Shown here: one piece after another, positions 48,136 to 60,022 of the stretch
Position numbering within the stretch: position 1 is the first letter of the stretch
Layout of the letters: the number at the start of each line of letters is the position of its first letter
DNA from: Nitrospirota bacterium
GTDB taxonomy: Bacteria > Nitrospirota > UBA9217
Reading direction: 5' to 3'
Length of the DNA: 64,000 bases
NCBI GenBank assembly: GCA_963737155.1
Contig: CAVTRN010000002.1
Span: forward strand, 736,001 to 800,000
Notes under the pieces: model-generated
What the model saw: only the letters and a program-made list of their open reading frames with translations
The model's database searches: none
What the model was told of the DNA's origin: nothing
Program-made: the position numbers and the translations under genes

Positions 48136-48981
48136 TCAAGAGCCTTTTTTTGCGACCAGAACGGCGCAGTCCGCCAGTCCAATAACCTTTTCTGTTGTAC
48201 TCCCCATCAGGAGCCTTTTGAGTCCCGTTTTCCCGTACGCGCCCATGACGACCAGATCGACGCCCATGCTTTTTGCGGTCTCTGCTATGACCTCATGGGG
48301 TTTCCCGACGAGGGCCATCGTCTCGGCGTGAATACCGGCCTGCTGTGCCGCCAGCGCGATATCGCCGGCGTTCACCCGCGCCTTGTCTTTCTCGTCTTCC
48401 GAGGGAACCACAGCAATGGCTATCAGGCGGCTTCCACAGCGTTTTGCAATTTCAATCGCCTCTGTTCCCGCTGTACGTGCATGATCCGATCCGTCCGTTG
48501 CAACCAAAACATTCTTGAACCCGATTCCCGCTGCCCGGGGAACAACCAGAACCTTGCACGGCGCGTGTCCGATGACCTTCGCGGCAGCGCTGCCGAGGAA
48601 AACCTTCTCCAGCCCGCTGCGGCCGTGCCTTCCGACTGCAATCATATCAATTTTATTTTGCGCCGCTTCTTCAACGATAAGCCGAGAGGCGCTGTCCCCG
48701 CGGCGCAAAATCGTCTCGCAGAACGGTAACTCATTTAGCGCTCTCACCTTGAGGGATGCTAGATACCGGGCGGCCTCCTCCGTTTCTTTCTGCAGAAGCT
48801 CTGCGCCGGCGGTCTCATATTCCGGATTTTTTTCTACAACCGTCATTACATAGAGCTTGCTCGAACAGTGCTTTGCAAAAGTTATTGCCGTGTTTATTGC
48901 ACCGTCGCTGAACCTCGAACGGTCCGTTGCTACAAGCAGTTTTTCAAGTTTTGACACGGGGCAGGACTGGCCGATATTCAT
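48136..48981 (-). CDS. Tandem universal stress protein
   Basis: LLVATDRS / VLVATDGS, GRHGRSGLEKVFLGS, GAYGKTGLKRLLMGS. Confidence 0.92.
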   Translation of the reverse strand: MNIGQSCPVSKLEKLLVATDRSRFSDGAINTAITFAKHCSSKLYVMTVVEKNPEYETAGAELLQKETEEAARYLASLKVRALNELPFCETILRRGDSASRLIVEEAAQNKIDMIAVGRHGRSGLEKVFLGSAAAKVIGHAPCKVLVVPRAAGIGFKNVLVATDGSDHARTAGTEAIEIAKRCGSRLIAIAVVPSEDEKDKARVNAGDIALAAQQAGIHAETMALVGKPHEVIAETAKSMGVDLVVMGAYGKTGLKRLLMGSTTEKVIGLADCAVLVAKKGS

Positions 48982-49503
48982 GGTATCATCCTCCTTGCAT
49001 TTTCAATCTTTTTTCCGGCTTTCCGGGTATCTGTTTCAAAGTATACCAACTTTTCATCGCCCTAGTTGCCTGTCGGGTTCAATGTGCAGGGCTGAATTGG
49101 CAGGGTGAAACTGTTCTACCTTAATAATAAACAGCCGGGAGAAAAAATAATTGCAAATTAAACAGGTGAAATAAATATCACAGCAATGGCCAAGTAGAAT
49201 ACTTCTTAATCACTTACCTTCAGCATTTTTCTCATTTTTGCGTGCTCTTCGTGGCTAACATGACAACTTGCCTTCCTTGAGGCGTCTGACTATGACTGCG
49301 CCCGGTGCAACCCAAGGAATCATGGCTTCCTTATTATCTTTCGTGCTCACGTCCCACAAAAACCCCACAGAATTATTTTTCCTAAGCGGAGTCGATTTGC
49401 GTTTTACCCGCTCGTCGGTATGTCGGCAAACTCCGCAGATTATTTACGAGATGCGAAATCGCATCCGCCACACACGAGTTGAACTCTCCGCATCCGAATG
49501 ATC

Positions 49504-50121
49504 TTATGTCATCCTCGGCCCGGCATATGGCGGGACATCCGAGGGGAAGGAATACCTGCCCTCCAGTTTGTCAAGTGCACACCATAGTAAATTCTGAAGA
49601 TCATCATCAGTCTTATGTCCCAAGAATGTTTTTATCAATGTCTCGCGAATGGTAAGCATCAATGGGTCTTTTTTGAGGAACCGCAGGAACGTCCGAAGGC
49701 GTTTTTCCCCATCACCTATCTTCGATGCTGCATGTGGGTTCACAGCAGTTTTATAATATTCCTGCAGATAGATCAAAAACCATAGCTGCGTCATGTCATA
49801 AAAAAATTCGAGCGTCGGATAGTATCCGTATTTTTGCCTGATGTGCGCCTCAACGGATAAGTGGTTTTCGGGGATGCTCGGAAAGACAGCTATAAGCAGA
49901 CCTTCCGCGAAGTCTTCATAGAAAAAGGGAGAATCGGAATACTGCCGATTCTGACAGTGAGGACAGATAACTATATTAAGCTCCCAGTTCTGTAGGATTG
50001 TTTTTACCCAAGGTGTCCGGGAAATATCGATCCAGGTGGCGATTCGAGCCTGAAAGCTGCGTCTACAAGAGCCACAATAAAGTAATTCATTCGTGTAAGC
50101 TGCAGTCTGAAGTGTCGGCAT
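49504..50121 (-). CDS. CpXC domain-containing protein
   Basis: CGSC...CPHC pairs and PFFYED. SD GAGGTGAG precedes ATG 50121. Confidence 0.75.
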   Translation of the reverse strand: MPTLQTAAYTNELLYCGSCRRSFQARIATWIDISRTPWVKTILQNWELNIVICPHCQNRQYSDSPFFYEDFAEGLLIAVFPSIPENHLSVEAHIRQKYGYYPTLEFFYDMTQLWFLIYLQEYYKTAVNPHAASKIGDGEKRLRTFLRFLKKDPLMLTIRETLIKTFLGHKTDDDLQNLLWCALDKLEGRYSFPSDVPPYAGPRMT

Positions 50122-50332
50122 TTGCTCACCTCTATAAATGAAATGCGTGTTTTTGTGAAGGCCGAAGACAACGCAGATACGATCGGAACCACGCCTCCTT
50201 TTCAGGAGAAGGATCACGGTGTCTGGGGGTGTCTGCACTGTCGGATTCATGCCGAGGCCGATCCGAGAGAAGGGAACGAGTTCTGATTTCGTTGTCTATC
50301 TTAGATACATGAATTTGAAAATAGAGGAGTGC

Positions 50333-50608
50333 CTACGTGGGAGGAGCGCGGGTTTCAGTCGATGAGGGAAGAACGCTCGGTAGATTACACGAAGTATCGA
50401 GTGTCGAGGAGCTTCTTGTCCAGCTGAGATGACAGTCAAAATTATAAGCGGTGTTAAACGCGGTATAGATGTGGCTATAGACGCTGTAAATAGAGGAGTC
50501 CTTGAGCGGAACCTCATCCTCAGCCGGATAGAAGGCGGGGATAAGCGCGAGAAAGAAAAGAACCACTACAATAAGAAGTGCAACTCTTTTCTGCAACAGT
50601 CCTTTCAT
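50333..50608 (-). CDS. Small exported/membrane protein ending in RAPP (candidate ribosome arrest peptide)
   Basis: N-terminal hydrophobic segment; C-terminus ...TETRAPPT-stop. Confidence 0.6.
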   Translation of the reverse strand: MKGLLQKRVALLIVVVLFFLALIPAFYPAEDEVPLKDSSIYSVYSHIYTAFNTAYNFDCHLSWTRSSSTLDTSCNLPSVLPSSTETRAPPT

Positions 50609-51031
50609 TCTCAAATTATACGTGGTAAGAATATTTTAGTCAAGTCTCTTTCCAGCAAGTGAATTGATTCATAATGAATGTCACCCAAATGGATTTTGAA
50701 ATAGATCGTTGATAATCATAACTCTTGTTGCCGAAACCTGAGCCGCAAAAGAAGGATGTGTTACCTTGAGCTTGGCCTCCTCTGCGAGGTCGAGCCTGTC
50801 GTACTTTGCTGAATTGTATTTTTTCCCCGGCCAGCCAGAGTTGTTGTGTTACTCTTTGGTTGTGCCGATGGGGAGAACGGAGATAGCGTAACTAAGGGTT
50901 AAAAAAAGTGATATCAAGTAGAAATTAACTAAAAACGATGCAAAGCAGGGGATTCCGGCAGACGGGGCATTGCAGGATGATGGTCATGGCATCACGTTGT
51001 CAGTGTCTCATTGCGCAAAGCCTGCACGGTT

Positions 51032-51409
51032 CTATTTAGCCTTATGGTACTGGATATTGACTTCATAGGCAAGACTGGCGTGTCCGAAGGAATTGTTCAT
51101 GCCGCGGCAATAGACCTTTCCCTTTGTTGTTTTCTTATGGGATTTAGCCAGGCCCGCAACCACGGGGGCCAGATCGAAACCGCCGCCCGTACACCCTTCC
51201 TCCATGCATTTCATGTGAAAACCGGCGTAATCCGCGGACGAGAAACTGAGGGTACGATTCATTAATACCGAATCGAAACCGCGCCGGTAATAGGTCATGC
51301 GAAATTCGATCTTCGAGACTTTGGCATACCGCTCGGAAATCAGGCCAAAGGCGGCCAGGGCGATCCTCTCCATCTCCATCTTTTCTCTATAACTTTGTCT
51401 GTGGTTCAT
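51032..51409 (-). CDS. Hypothetical protein with Cys motif
   Basis: SD AAGGAG; CMEEGCTGGGFDL...VYCRG; downstream of csp. Confidence 0.7.
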   Translation of the reverse strand: MNHRQSYREKMEMERIALAAFGLISERYAKVSKIEFRMTYYRRGFDSVLMNRTLSFSSADYAGFHMKCMEEGCTGGGFDLAPVVAGLAKSHKKTTKGKVYCRGMNNSFGHASLAYEVNIQYHKAK

Positions 51410-51488
51410 TGCTCTCCTTTAGGATAAAAGACAAAAGCCCCACGCGGTAAGGATTCAAGATGCGGGACGATGATTCCGGATGCGACAG

Positions 51489-51526
51489 CAAAAGAAAAAA
51501 CAGGCCCTGAAATGACCAGGGCCTGT
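51489..51526 (-). terminator. Intrinsic terminator of the cold-shock gene
   Basis: ACAGGCCCTG/CAGGGCCTGT stem with a U-tract on -. Confidence 0.75.
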
Positions 51527-51544
51527 GAAGGTCCAAACCTTTGA

Positions 51545-51745
51545 TTAGAGCTTTACAACGTTGGCTGCTTTGGGGCCTTTGGGTGAGTCGACAACGTCGA
51601 ACTGCACTGACTGGCCTTCGGCCAGCGACTTGAAGCCGCTGTCCTGAATGTCGCCGAAATGAACGAACACATCGCCGCCACTTTCACGGGAAATGAATCC
51701 AAAGCCTTTGGAATCATTGAACCACTTTACGGTGCCTGTTTCCAT
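51545..51745 (-). CDS. cspA: Cold-shock protein
   Basis: [21 protein letters not shown]. Confidence 0.95.
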   Translation of the reverse strand: METGTVKWFNDSKGFGFISRESGGDVFVHFGDIQDSGFKSLAEGQSVQFDVVDSPKGPKAANVVKL

Positions 51746-52064
51746 GATGAGCTACCTCCTTCTGGTGAATTGAAGCGACGGAAAAGGACAACAAAAAAGC
51801 CGCAAAGCCTATCTGTCTTTGCGGTTTCCCTACAAGAACATCCGGAACTTCTTGATACTATAATCCCCCTTCTGCGCTGGAAAGTCAACGGTTATTATTG
51901 CCCGAGCGATATTAATGCCGACCGGGGATGCCTGAAGTGGCAGTGGTGGCGGGGAAAACATATTGATTTACAATTGGTTGCTGAAATATATTCCGAGATG
52001 CTCATCGAGTGGCCGGGATGGTAAGTCCCCTTTGGAAATAGCATCCCGAAGATGTACGGAGATG

Positions 52065-52093
52065 TTTACAATTGACTGCAAAACCCGTATAAT
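52065..52093 (+). promoter_or_regulatory. Sigma70 promoter for the RRM-rpsU genes
   Basis: TTTACA-N17-TATAAT. Confidence 0.55.
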
Positions 52094-52365
52094 AACTATA
52101 TACAACATCAACGGGGTAAGGCCCTCTCATTTTGGAGCGAGATGCCGTCCGCGCCTCATCATCGATCACTGACTCTTCCTGCTCTCACCTGTTCCTGCGT
52201 AAAAAAGCGACAGCATGCCTGGTTGGCGAACGATGCGGTTTTTGCGGACACCCCGCGCGATTCGGCGTCCCCACTTCGGGGACGCGGTGTTATGGCGGAG
52301 AAGATGTAAACGCGCTGTGCGGCAACGACCGTCAGCGCGAAAATTAAATCACACAGGGAGGCAGC

Positions 52366-52707
52366 ATGGGGAAGAAGCTTTATGTGGGGAATTTGTCATA
52401 TAACACCCACGAGGAAGATTTGCGGGATGCATTCTCGAAGATCGGCGAGGTGGTGTCTGCCACGCTGATCGTGGATCAGACGAACGGCAGGTCCAAGGGT
52501 TTCGGTTTCGTGGAAATGGCGTCGGACGAGGATGCGGCAAAGGCAATCTCATCCATGAACGGCACAATGTTCATGGACCGGACGATCACGGTGAACGAGG
52601 CCAAGCCGAAGACTGACCGCTCGGGGTCGGGCGGCGGCGGTGGCGGCGGTAGGGGTGGTCGCGGCGGATACGGCGGTGGCGGCGGAGGGGGCAGGTCGTG
52701 GAGGTAA
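52366..52707 (+). CDS. RRM RNA-binding protein with Gly-rich tail
   Basis: KLYVGNLSY (RNP2), SKGFGFVEM (RNP1), RGG tail. Confidence 0.93.
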   Translation: MGKKLYVGNLSYNTHEEDLRDAFSKIGEVVSATLIVDQTNGRSKGFGFVEMASDEDAAKAISSMNGTMFMDRTITVNEAKPKTDRSGSGGGGGGGRGGRGGYGGGGGGGRSWR

Positions 52708-52961
52708 GGGTCCTGTCCCGAGACATCGAAAAGGCCCTGCGTAATCTGAAAAAGAAACTCCAACTCGACGGAGTATTCGGGGAACTGAAGAAGCGGCGCT
52801 ATTACGAAAAGCCCTCGGTGAAGAAAAAGAGGAAGCGGCTGGAGGCTCAGAAGCGGAAGCGCAAGCTCCTCAACAAGCGACCGCGGCCATCTGGTTCGGG
52901 GCCGCGTCCGGACAGGCCGTCGCAGTCACCCGCTGCATCGAACGACCAAGCCCGAAATTGA
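52698..52961 (+). CDS. rpsU: 30S ribosomal protein bS21 with C-terminal extension
   Basis: DIEKALRNLKKK...ELKKRRYYEKPSVKKKRK. Confidence 0.85.
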   Translation: MEVRVLSRDIEKALRNLKKKLQLDGVFGELKKRRYYEKPSVKKKRKRLEAQKRKRKLLNKRPRPSGSGPRPDRPSQSPAASNDQARN

Positions 52962-53079
52962 GGGAACGCGGTAATCGAAAAGGGGCAAAGCAGTGGAGAG
53001 CAGCGGGTCGGACCGTTGTCCGGCCCGCCCTTATGAAGGCACGGTTCAGTTCGTAAATTTCTTTCCGAGGAGGCATGGA

Positions 53080-53238
53080 GTGGGGAAAGCGAATTTCAGT
53101 TTTCAAAAGCGTCAGAAGGAGATCGCGAAGCAAAAAAAGAACGAGGAAAAAAAGCAGCGCAAGCTCGATAAAAATGCAGCAAAGCCTGCTGAGGTTAAGG
53201 AGACGAGTGGTGGTCGGGATGGAGAGACAGGTGAGTGA
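53080..53238 (+). CDS. Small basic protein
   Basis: SD GAGGAGG plus GTG; NFSFQKRQKEIAKQKKNEEKKQRK. Confidence 0.6.
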   Translation: MGKANFSFQKRQKEIAKQKKNEEKKQRKLDKNAAKPAEVKETSGGRDGETGE

Positions 53239-53487
53239 TTTGCCGGGTATCGCTTTGCAGTCCTGACCCACGAATCTGCATAATACATTTCAACCGTTAA
53301 TGTCTTTATACCTCCGAAAGCGCCGTGATCCAGATTTGCATAAGTGCCAAGATGGATGGATGCCTATTTGTAACTCAAGGGAAAGAGTCCAGTAGACAGG
53401 GGGAGGGCTTGGATTTGCAGTTATGGACTGGTCGTATAAAGACGGGACAAAGCTAAAGTGTAGACCCTCTCAGACTTCGAAAGGCCA

Positions 53488-53518
53488 AATAAAAACCCGC
53501 CGCTATGACGCGGCGGGG
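53488..53518 (-). terminator. Intrinsic terminator after the Spy/CpxP gene
   Basis: CCCGCCGC/GCGGCGGG stem with an A-run on +. Confidence 0.65.
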
Positions 53519-53571
53519 TAATGGCACTCAGTCAGGAACTTTCCTTCTCTTCGCGCGGTATTCACGGCATC

Positions 53572-54174
53572 TTAGTCCATTTTGTTATCGTGCATGGGCA
53601 TGGCCTTGTGCTCTTCATTGCCGCCCTTCATGCCGCAACCTCCGCGGTGACCCGTTTCCATCATCTCTTTTAGCCTCTTCCACTGATCGGGCGTCAGTAC
53701 GGACTTCATCTCTTCACGCGCCTTGATATGAGCAATAAACATCTCTGCTCTGAGAGACTCTTTCTTTTTCACTAGAGTCTCCACTGCCTTCATATCCACC
53801 GGGTTCTTGTCGAGGAGGTCTTTAATCTCGAGGTCGGCGATTTGTTCGTCCGCTTTCTTTCTTATCATGTCTTTCATTGTCTTGCTGCGAAGCGCCTCGA
53901 GCGCATCTTTCTGTTGAGCATCGAGACCGAGATCCATGAGGTTTTTCCACATGGCATGGTGATCATCCCTCATCATTTCGCCGCCCTTCATGCCGTCCAT
54001 GCCGGGCATCATGCCCATGCCTTGGTGTCCCATTCCACCCATCATGCCGCCTTCTTGCATGCTTTCCCCTTTTTCGCCCATACAGCCGCACATCTGTGCC
54101 TGCGCAGTCGAGACCAGCGCCGCAATTGTAATAGAGATAAACACGAATAATATACTGACTAAGTTTTTTCTCAT
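53572..54174 (-). CDS. Spy/CpxP family periplasmic chaperone with Met/His-rich linker
   Basis: Signal peptide ending AQA, LGLDAQQK and VLTPDQ (LTxxQ) motifs, SD GGGAGGT. Confidence 0.82.
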   Translation of the reverse strand: MRKNLVSILFVFISITIAALVSTAQAQMCGCMGEKGESMQEGGMMGGMGHQGMGMMPGMDGMKGGEMMRDDHHAMWKNLMDLGLDAQQKDALEALRSKTMKDMIRKKADEQIADLEIKDLLDKNPVDMKAVETLVKKKESLRAEMFIAHIKAREEMKSVLTPDQWKRLKEMMETGHRGGCGMKGGNEEHKAMPMHDNKMD

Positions 54175-54759
54175 TCTCAGACCTCCCTTTCGAATTATAC
54201 ACACATATCGCTAATGGTAGCAGAGTGCGGAAGCAAATACAAGCCTTCGGACATTTAAAAATATTGGATTCTCTCCAAATATTGTAATGCATGCTGGTGC
54301 CTGTCTCAGTTCACGGGATCCAGGTGGTATTTGAACCGCAGGAAGGACCAGGGTCATGTGATTATTTAGTTTTTTATCTGCGCTGGACATCTAGAATGCG
54401 ATGACTGCGCGTCGGGCATGCCGCTATTGATGCTGATGAACCAACAATTTTAAGTATTCCCCGAGTTCTTCTATTCTTTACGCTATCAAATAATTATGAT
54501 AATCATATCGACATAGTTCTAGTCATGCCGGTCGGCCAATCAATAATTGATTATATCTTCTGCTTCCTTAATAAGCCCCTCCGCTACGACAAAAATAACC
54601 ACTTCTGATTTTATTTTGCAATTCAGATATGATACTTAAGTGGGGACAATAACACGCAACTATCAGTGCCAATGCACGGCAAACTACCTTTCCAATTTTA
54701 TGTAGTATACTAAAAATAGATTGACGGATTTGATAAAACATCTCATCGGGAGGCCATCA

Positions 54760-56220
<1,461 letters not shown>

Positions 56221-56375
56221 GAAATGAGGCTCTCGTCCTTTCTTCCTCTTGAAGATGGACAGGGAGCCCCTGATCGGGCTTGTAAAGAGAGAATGATCCC
56301 CCGACGAATGAGGGATCGGGTTTCGGAGCTAGAAGGCGGCACTAGTCGGGCCGGTCTCAAAGAATATGGTTGCTT

Positions 56376-56882
56376 ATGAAGATGATGGTTTTGCTGTTTG
56401 GCTTTACCATGTTTCTTCAAGGGTGCGTCTATCCGATTTCGAAGGATCTTGTCGAAAAAACGGACAAGACCATCACCTTTGAAATGCTGCAGGCAAACCC
56501 CGATCTGTATAAGGGGAAGTTCGTCATTCTTGGTGGGAGTATCGCCGCGGTCAGCGGCTTGGCGGAGGGTTCGCTGATCGACGTTTATCAGGCCCCCCTT
56601 GATTACTGGGGCAGGCCCCTCCGCATAAATGGAGCAAGAGGCCGGTTTCTGATATATACGCCCGTGTATCTCGACCCTGATATCTATGCGCCTGGCAGTG
56701 AGATCACGGTGGCTGGTGAAATCGAAGGTACCGCACTGAAACAGCAGGGACATACGGAACCCACTAAATACAACCATCCCGTGCTTGTTTCAAAGGAGCT
56801 CAAGCTTTGGCCGAGAACTCCGGGTCCGGAGGTGCCTAATTGGTTCGATCCGCTTTCCCCGATGTTTTATCCAGAGCAATAA
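56376..56882 (+). CDS. Slp family outer-membrane lipoprotein
   Basis: Lipobox LQGC, VILGGSI, GRFL, YLDPDIYAPG.ITVAG. Confidence 0.85.
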   Translation: MKMMVLLFGFTMFLQGCVYPISKDLVEKTDKTITFEMLQANPDLYKGKFVILGGSIAAVSGLAEGSLIDVYQAPLDYWGRPLRINGARGRFLIYTPVYLDPDIYAPGSEITVAGEIEGTALKQQGHTEPTKYNHPVLVSKELKLWPRTPGPEVPNWFDPLSPMFYPEQ

Positions 56883-57011
56883 CAGAATTATTTGCAAGAG
56901 CGTTATTATTAAAGTCAGGCTCATCGCTTTCGCGAATACCACACGGCATCATGGCGATTCTGTACTCCATAACGACGGTTGAGCCTGCTCCTCCATAGTA
57001 GAGATAATCCA

Positions 57012-57848
57012 ATGAACACTTTAGTTTTTACTATACTTATTTGGCTCGGTTCGATAGTTGCGGGTTTTTTGGGATCATTGACAGGGCTTGGCGGAGGGGT
57101 CGTTATTGTCCCACTTCTCACTTTGGCCTTTGGAGTGGATATCCGGTATGCGGTCGGCGCCTCCCTCATCTCGGTGATTGCAACATCCTCGGGGGCTGCG
57201 TCAGCCTACGTCAAGGAAGGTTTCACCAATATTCGGATTGGGATGTTCTTAGAGGTAGCAACAACCTTGGGCGCGGTGGCGGGAGCTTTTTGGGCTGCAC
57301 GCTTGCCGACCTCGACTATTGCGATTATCTTCGGGGTTATTCTGCTCTATTCGTCATATTTGTCAAGTCGACGGTGGAAGAGACGACAAGAAGACGATAG
57401 GCCCGAACCGCTGGCAACAAGTCTGAAGATGGATGGAAGTTATCCAACCCCGCAGGGAATTGAACACTACCATGCGCACTCCGTACCCTCCGGCTTCGGA
57501 TTAATGTTTCTGGCAGGCTCGATTTCCGGGTTGCTCGGGATCGGATCAGGGGCGATGAAGGTCCTGGCGATGGACCAAGTGATGCGCATCCCCTTCAAGG
57601 TTTCGACAACTACGAGTAATTTCATGATCGGCGTTACCGCTGCCGCCAGTGCAGGAGTGTATCTTAATCGAGGCTATATAGATCCAGGGCTTGCAATGCC
57701 CGTCGTACTCGGCGTGCTGATCGGTTCTCTCATAGGGACACGTCAACTTGTCATAGCAAAAACACATCGTCTGCGTATCATTTTCAGCTCTATTGTTTTG
57801 CTCCTTGCGATCGAGATGATCTATAACGGTCTGACAAAAAGGATCTAG
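57012..57848 (+). CDS. TauE/SafE (TSUP) sulfite exporter family protein
   Basis: GSLTGLGGGVVIVP, SGLLGIGSG, KVSTTTSNFMIG. Confidence 0.9.
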   Translation: MNTLVFTILIWLGSIVAGFLGSLTGLGGGVVIVPLLTLAFGVDIRYAVGASLISVIATSSGAASAYVKEGFTNIRIGMFLEVATTLGAVAGAFWAARLPTSTIAIIFGVILLYSSYLSSRRWKRRQEDDRPEPLATSLKMDGSYPTPQGIEHYHAHSVPSGFGLMFLAGSISGLLGIGSGAMKVLAMDQVMRIPFKVSTTTSNFMIGVTAAASAGVYLNRGYIDPGLAMPVVLGVLIGSLIGTRQLVIAKTHRLRIIFSSIVLLLAIEMIYNGLTKRI

Positions 57849-57849
57849 A

Positions 57850-58239
57850 ATGTCAAAAGCTAAAAGCACGTGGACAAATCAGCAGGTCGAAACGATTATC
57901 AGCAATCTCTTGAGAGGAGGGGTTATTCTTGCCGCTGTGGTAGTTTTCACCGGGGGGGTATTCTTTCTGTTTCATTATGGATCTGCTAATCCTGACTACC
58001 GGATTTTTCGAGGGGAGTCCACCGACCTGCGTACGATACATGGGATCCTGGCAGATGCTTTGTCATTTCGCAGTCGCGGAATAATCCAACTGGGACTCCT
58101 GCTGCTGATCGCAACCCCCGTCTCACGGGTTGCCTTCTCGCTGTTTGCTTTTCTCCGGCAGGGGGACCGCACCTACGTTGTCGTGACACTCCTTGTTCTC
58201 GTAATACTGCTCTCCAGTCTTTTAAGGGGGCACTTCTGA
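57850..58239 (+). CDS. DUF1634 membrane protein
   Basis: ISNLLRGGV, IIQLGLLLLIATPVSRV; the usual TSUP partner. Confidence 0.85.
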   Translation: MSKAKSTWTNQQVETIISNLLRGGVILAAVVVFTGGVFFLFHYGSANPDYRIFRGESTDLRTIHGILADALSFRSRGIIQLGLLLLIATPVSRVAFSLFAFLRQGDRTYVVVTLLVLVILLSSLLRGHF

Positions 58240-58454
58240 TGATTCAGAAATTACGATAGTCCTTCCCGCCCACGACTGCTCTTTCATCAGCACGTCAAAG
58301 CATAACCTAGCTCCCCGTGCACGTACATTATGAGACCAACCTTACTCTTTCAGAATCACCGCGTCGCATACGTCCGCGCTCTGGAGCTGGAAACGCGAAA
58401 TTGCTTTACGTCTCCATTCCCTGTCTACAATCTATACCTCCGATATTCTCATTG

Positions 58455-58634
58455 CTATCCGCACTGACATTCACACTCCTTGCCTGGGTTAGAACCAGAC
58501 GAATGCTCTTCAGAAATGTCTTGCGTATACCAGGACACAAGTCGCTCTATGCCTCCCGCAATCACAACAACGAAAGCAATTATAACTGGCCATGGCCAGC
58601 CCATTACCCATTCCAGAATCTCTGCAGATTTCAT
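58455..58634 (-). CDS. 59-aa single-TM protein with C-terminal CxCxC (not in the ORF track)
   Basis: SD AAGGAAGT; MKSAEILEWVMGWPWPVIIAFVVVIAGGIERLVSWYTQDISEEHSSGSNPGKECECQCG-stop. Confidence 0.55.
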   Translation of the reverse strand: MKSAEILEWVMGWPWPVIIAFVVVIAGGIERLVSWYTQDISEEHSSGSNPGKECECQCG

Positions 58635-59040
58635 GATGGATCACTTCCTTTTTTTTATTACGCTAATATAATTATAGCGAATCCGAACCAATAGTGCCAT
58701 TCATGCCAGGTAAGATGTCGGACATACTTAAGTTCTATCTAAAGGAAGTAAGCAAGGGATAACCTCATATAACACAGACATTTTTCTGGACGATTGATGT
58801 AAAGCATTTTGTGTTAATGACTGGTTGGCTTTATCCTGCGGGCATCTGTCCTTCGGACAAGATTGCTAACCGGCTAAGTGCCGATTTCCAGTTGCGGAGC
58901 AGCATTTCCGTTTCATTAGATATGTTTTCCGTGGCCAAGTATAGAAGTTTAGTCATGGCTTCGTAATCTTAGGAAAGACCTTGAATTTATCCATTCTCTT
59001 CAACGACTGGTTGCGGCCCTCTTCTTCGCTAGCTACTTCG

Positions 59041-59784
59041 CTATTTGAATATCTCCTCAAAAAAATCCTTCATAGCTTGCCATGACCGCTTATCCGCTAT
59101 TTCATTATAGGCAGCTCCTTTGGCATTATCGCTTCCGTTCTCAGGATTGGTGAAACCATGCACTGCGTGACCGTAGCTGACCATATACCAGTCAACGCTA
59201 GCCTTGTTCATCTCGTCTTCAAAGGCGACCACGTGCTCAGGTTTTACTGTGGGGTCATCGGCACCGGCGAGCACGGCTACTTTAGCTTTGATATTCTTTG
59301 CATCATTGGGGTTCGGCGTCGCCAGCCCGCCATGGAAACTAACGACCCCTGCGATGTTTGCACCGCTTCTGGCAAGCTCCAGCACCGTCGTGCCGCCAAA
59401 ACAATACCCGATGGCGGCAATGCGTTTCGGATCAACCAAGGGATTCTTTTTTAACACGTCAAGCCCTGCGTTTGCGCGTGCTCGGAGCAAGTTTCTGTCA
59501 TTCCCGCTGCGGTAACTCCCTGCCAGTGCCATGGCCTCCTGCGGCGTTTTCGCTCGATTGCCCTTGCCATAGATATCGGCCGCAAGTACAATGTAGCCAA
59601 GCTGCGCTATCTGTTCAGTCCGCCTTTTAATATAATCGTTTATTCCCCACCACTCATGGATCACGAGAACGCCGGGACGGATGTCTTTGATAGTATTGTC
59701 GTAGGCTAGATATCCTTCGAGAGCAACATCTCCCTGCTTATACTCAATAAGTTCCGTGCGGACAGAGGAGTAGACATTTTGCAT
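59041..59784 (-). CDS. Dienelactone hydrolase family protein
   Basis: VIHEWWG, IGYCFGG nucleophile elbow, HGFTNP. Confidence 0.92.
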   Translation of the reverse strand: MQNVYSSVRTELIEYKQGDVALEGYLAYDNTIKDIRPGVLVIHEWWGINDYIKRRTEQIAQLGYIVLAADIYGKGNRAKTPQEAMALAGSYRSGNDRNLLRARANAGLDVLKKNPLVDPKRIAAIGYCFGGTTVLELARSGANIAGVVSFHGGLATPNPNDAKNIKAKVAVLAGADDPTVKPEHVVAFEDEMNKASVDWYMVSYGHAVHGFTNPENGSDNAKGAAYNEIADKRSWQAMKDFFEEIFK

Positions 59785-60022
59785 AGTGATCTTCCTGGAC
59801 GATTTAATTTTTAGTTCCTAATGAATATTACTTCCAAATACAATGCTTAACGTTACATTGATGTAAGCAAAAGCGGCAAGAGTACAAGAAAGCTCCACTC
59901 GTTTGTCTGGGAAACTTTGCCCGCTCGGGGTAAAACAAATCCGATTAGCAGATTGAATAAAGCCCGCAAAAAATTTACGGTAAGTTATGACAACCGTTCC
60001 CTCTTCTTAAAACAGAAGCGGG

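Noticed and set aside
54488-54560. Fur-box-like ATGATAATCAT sequence between Spy and DegP
   Set aside because: Only a partial match in AT-rich DNA; cannot be distinguished from chance.
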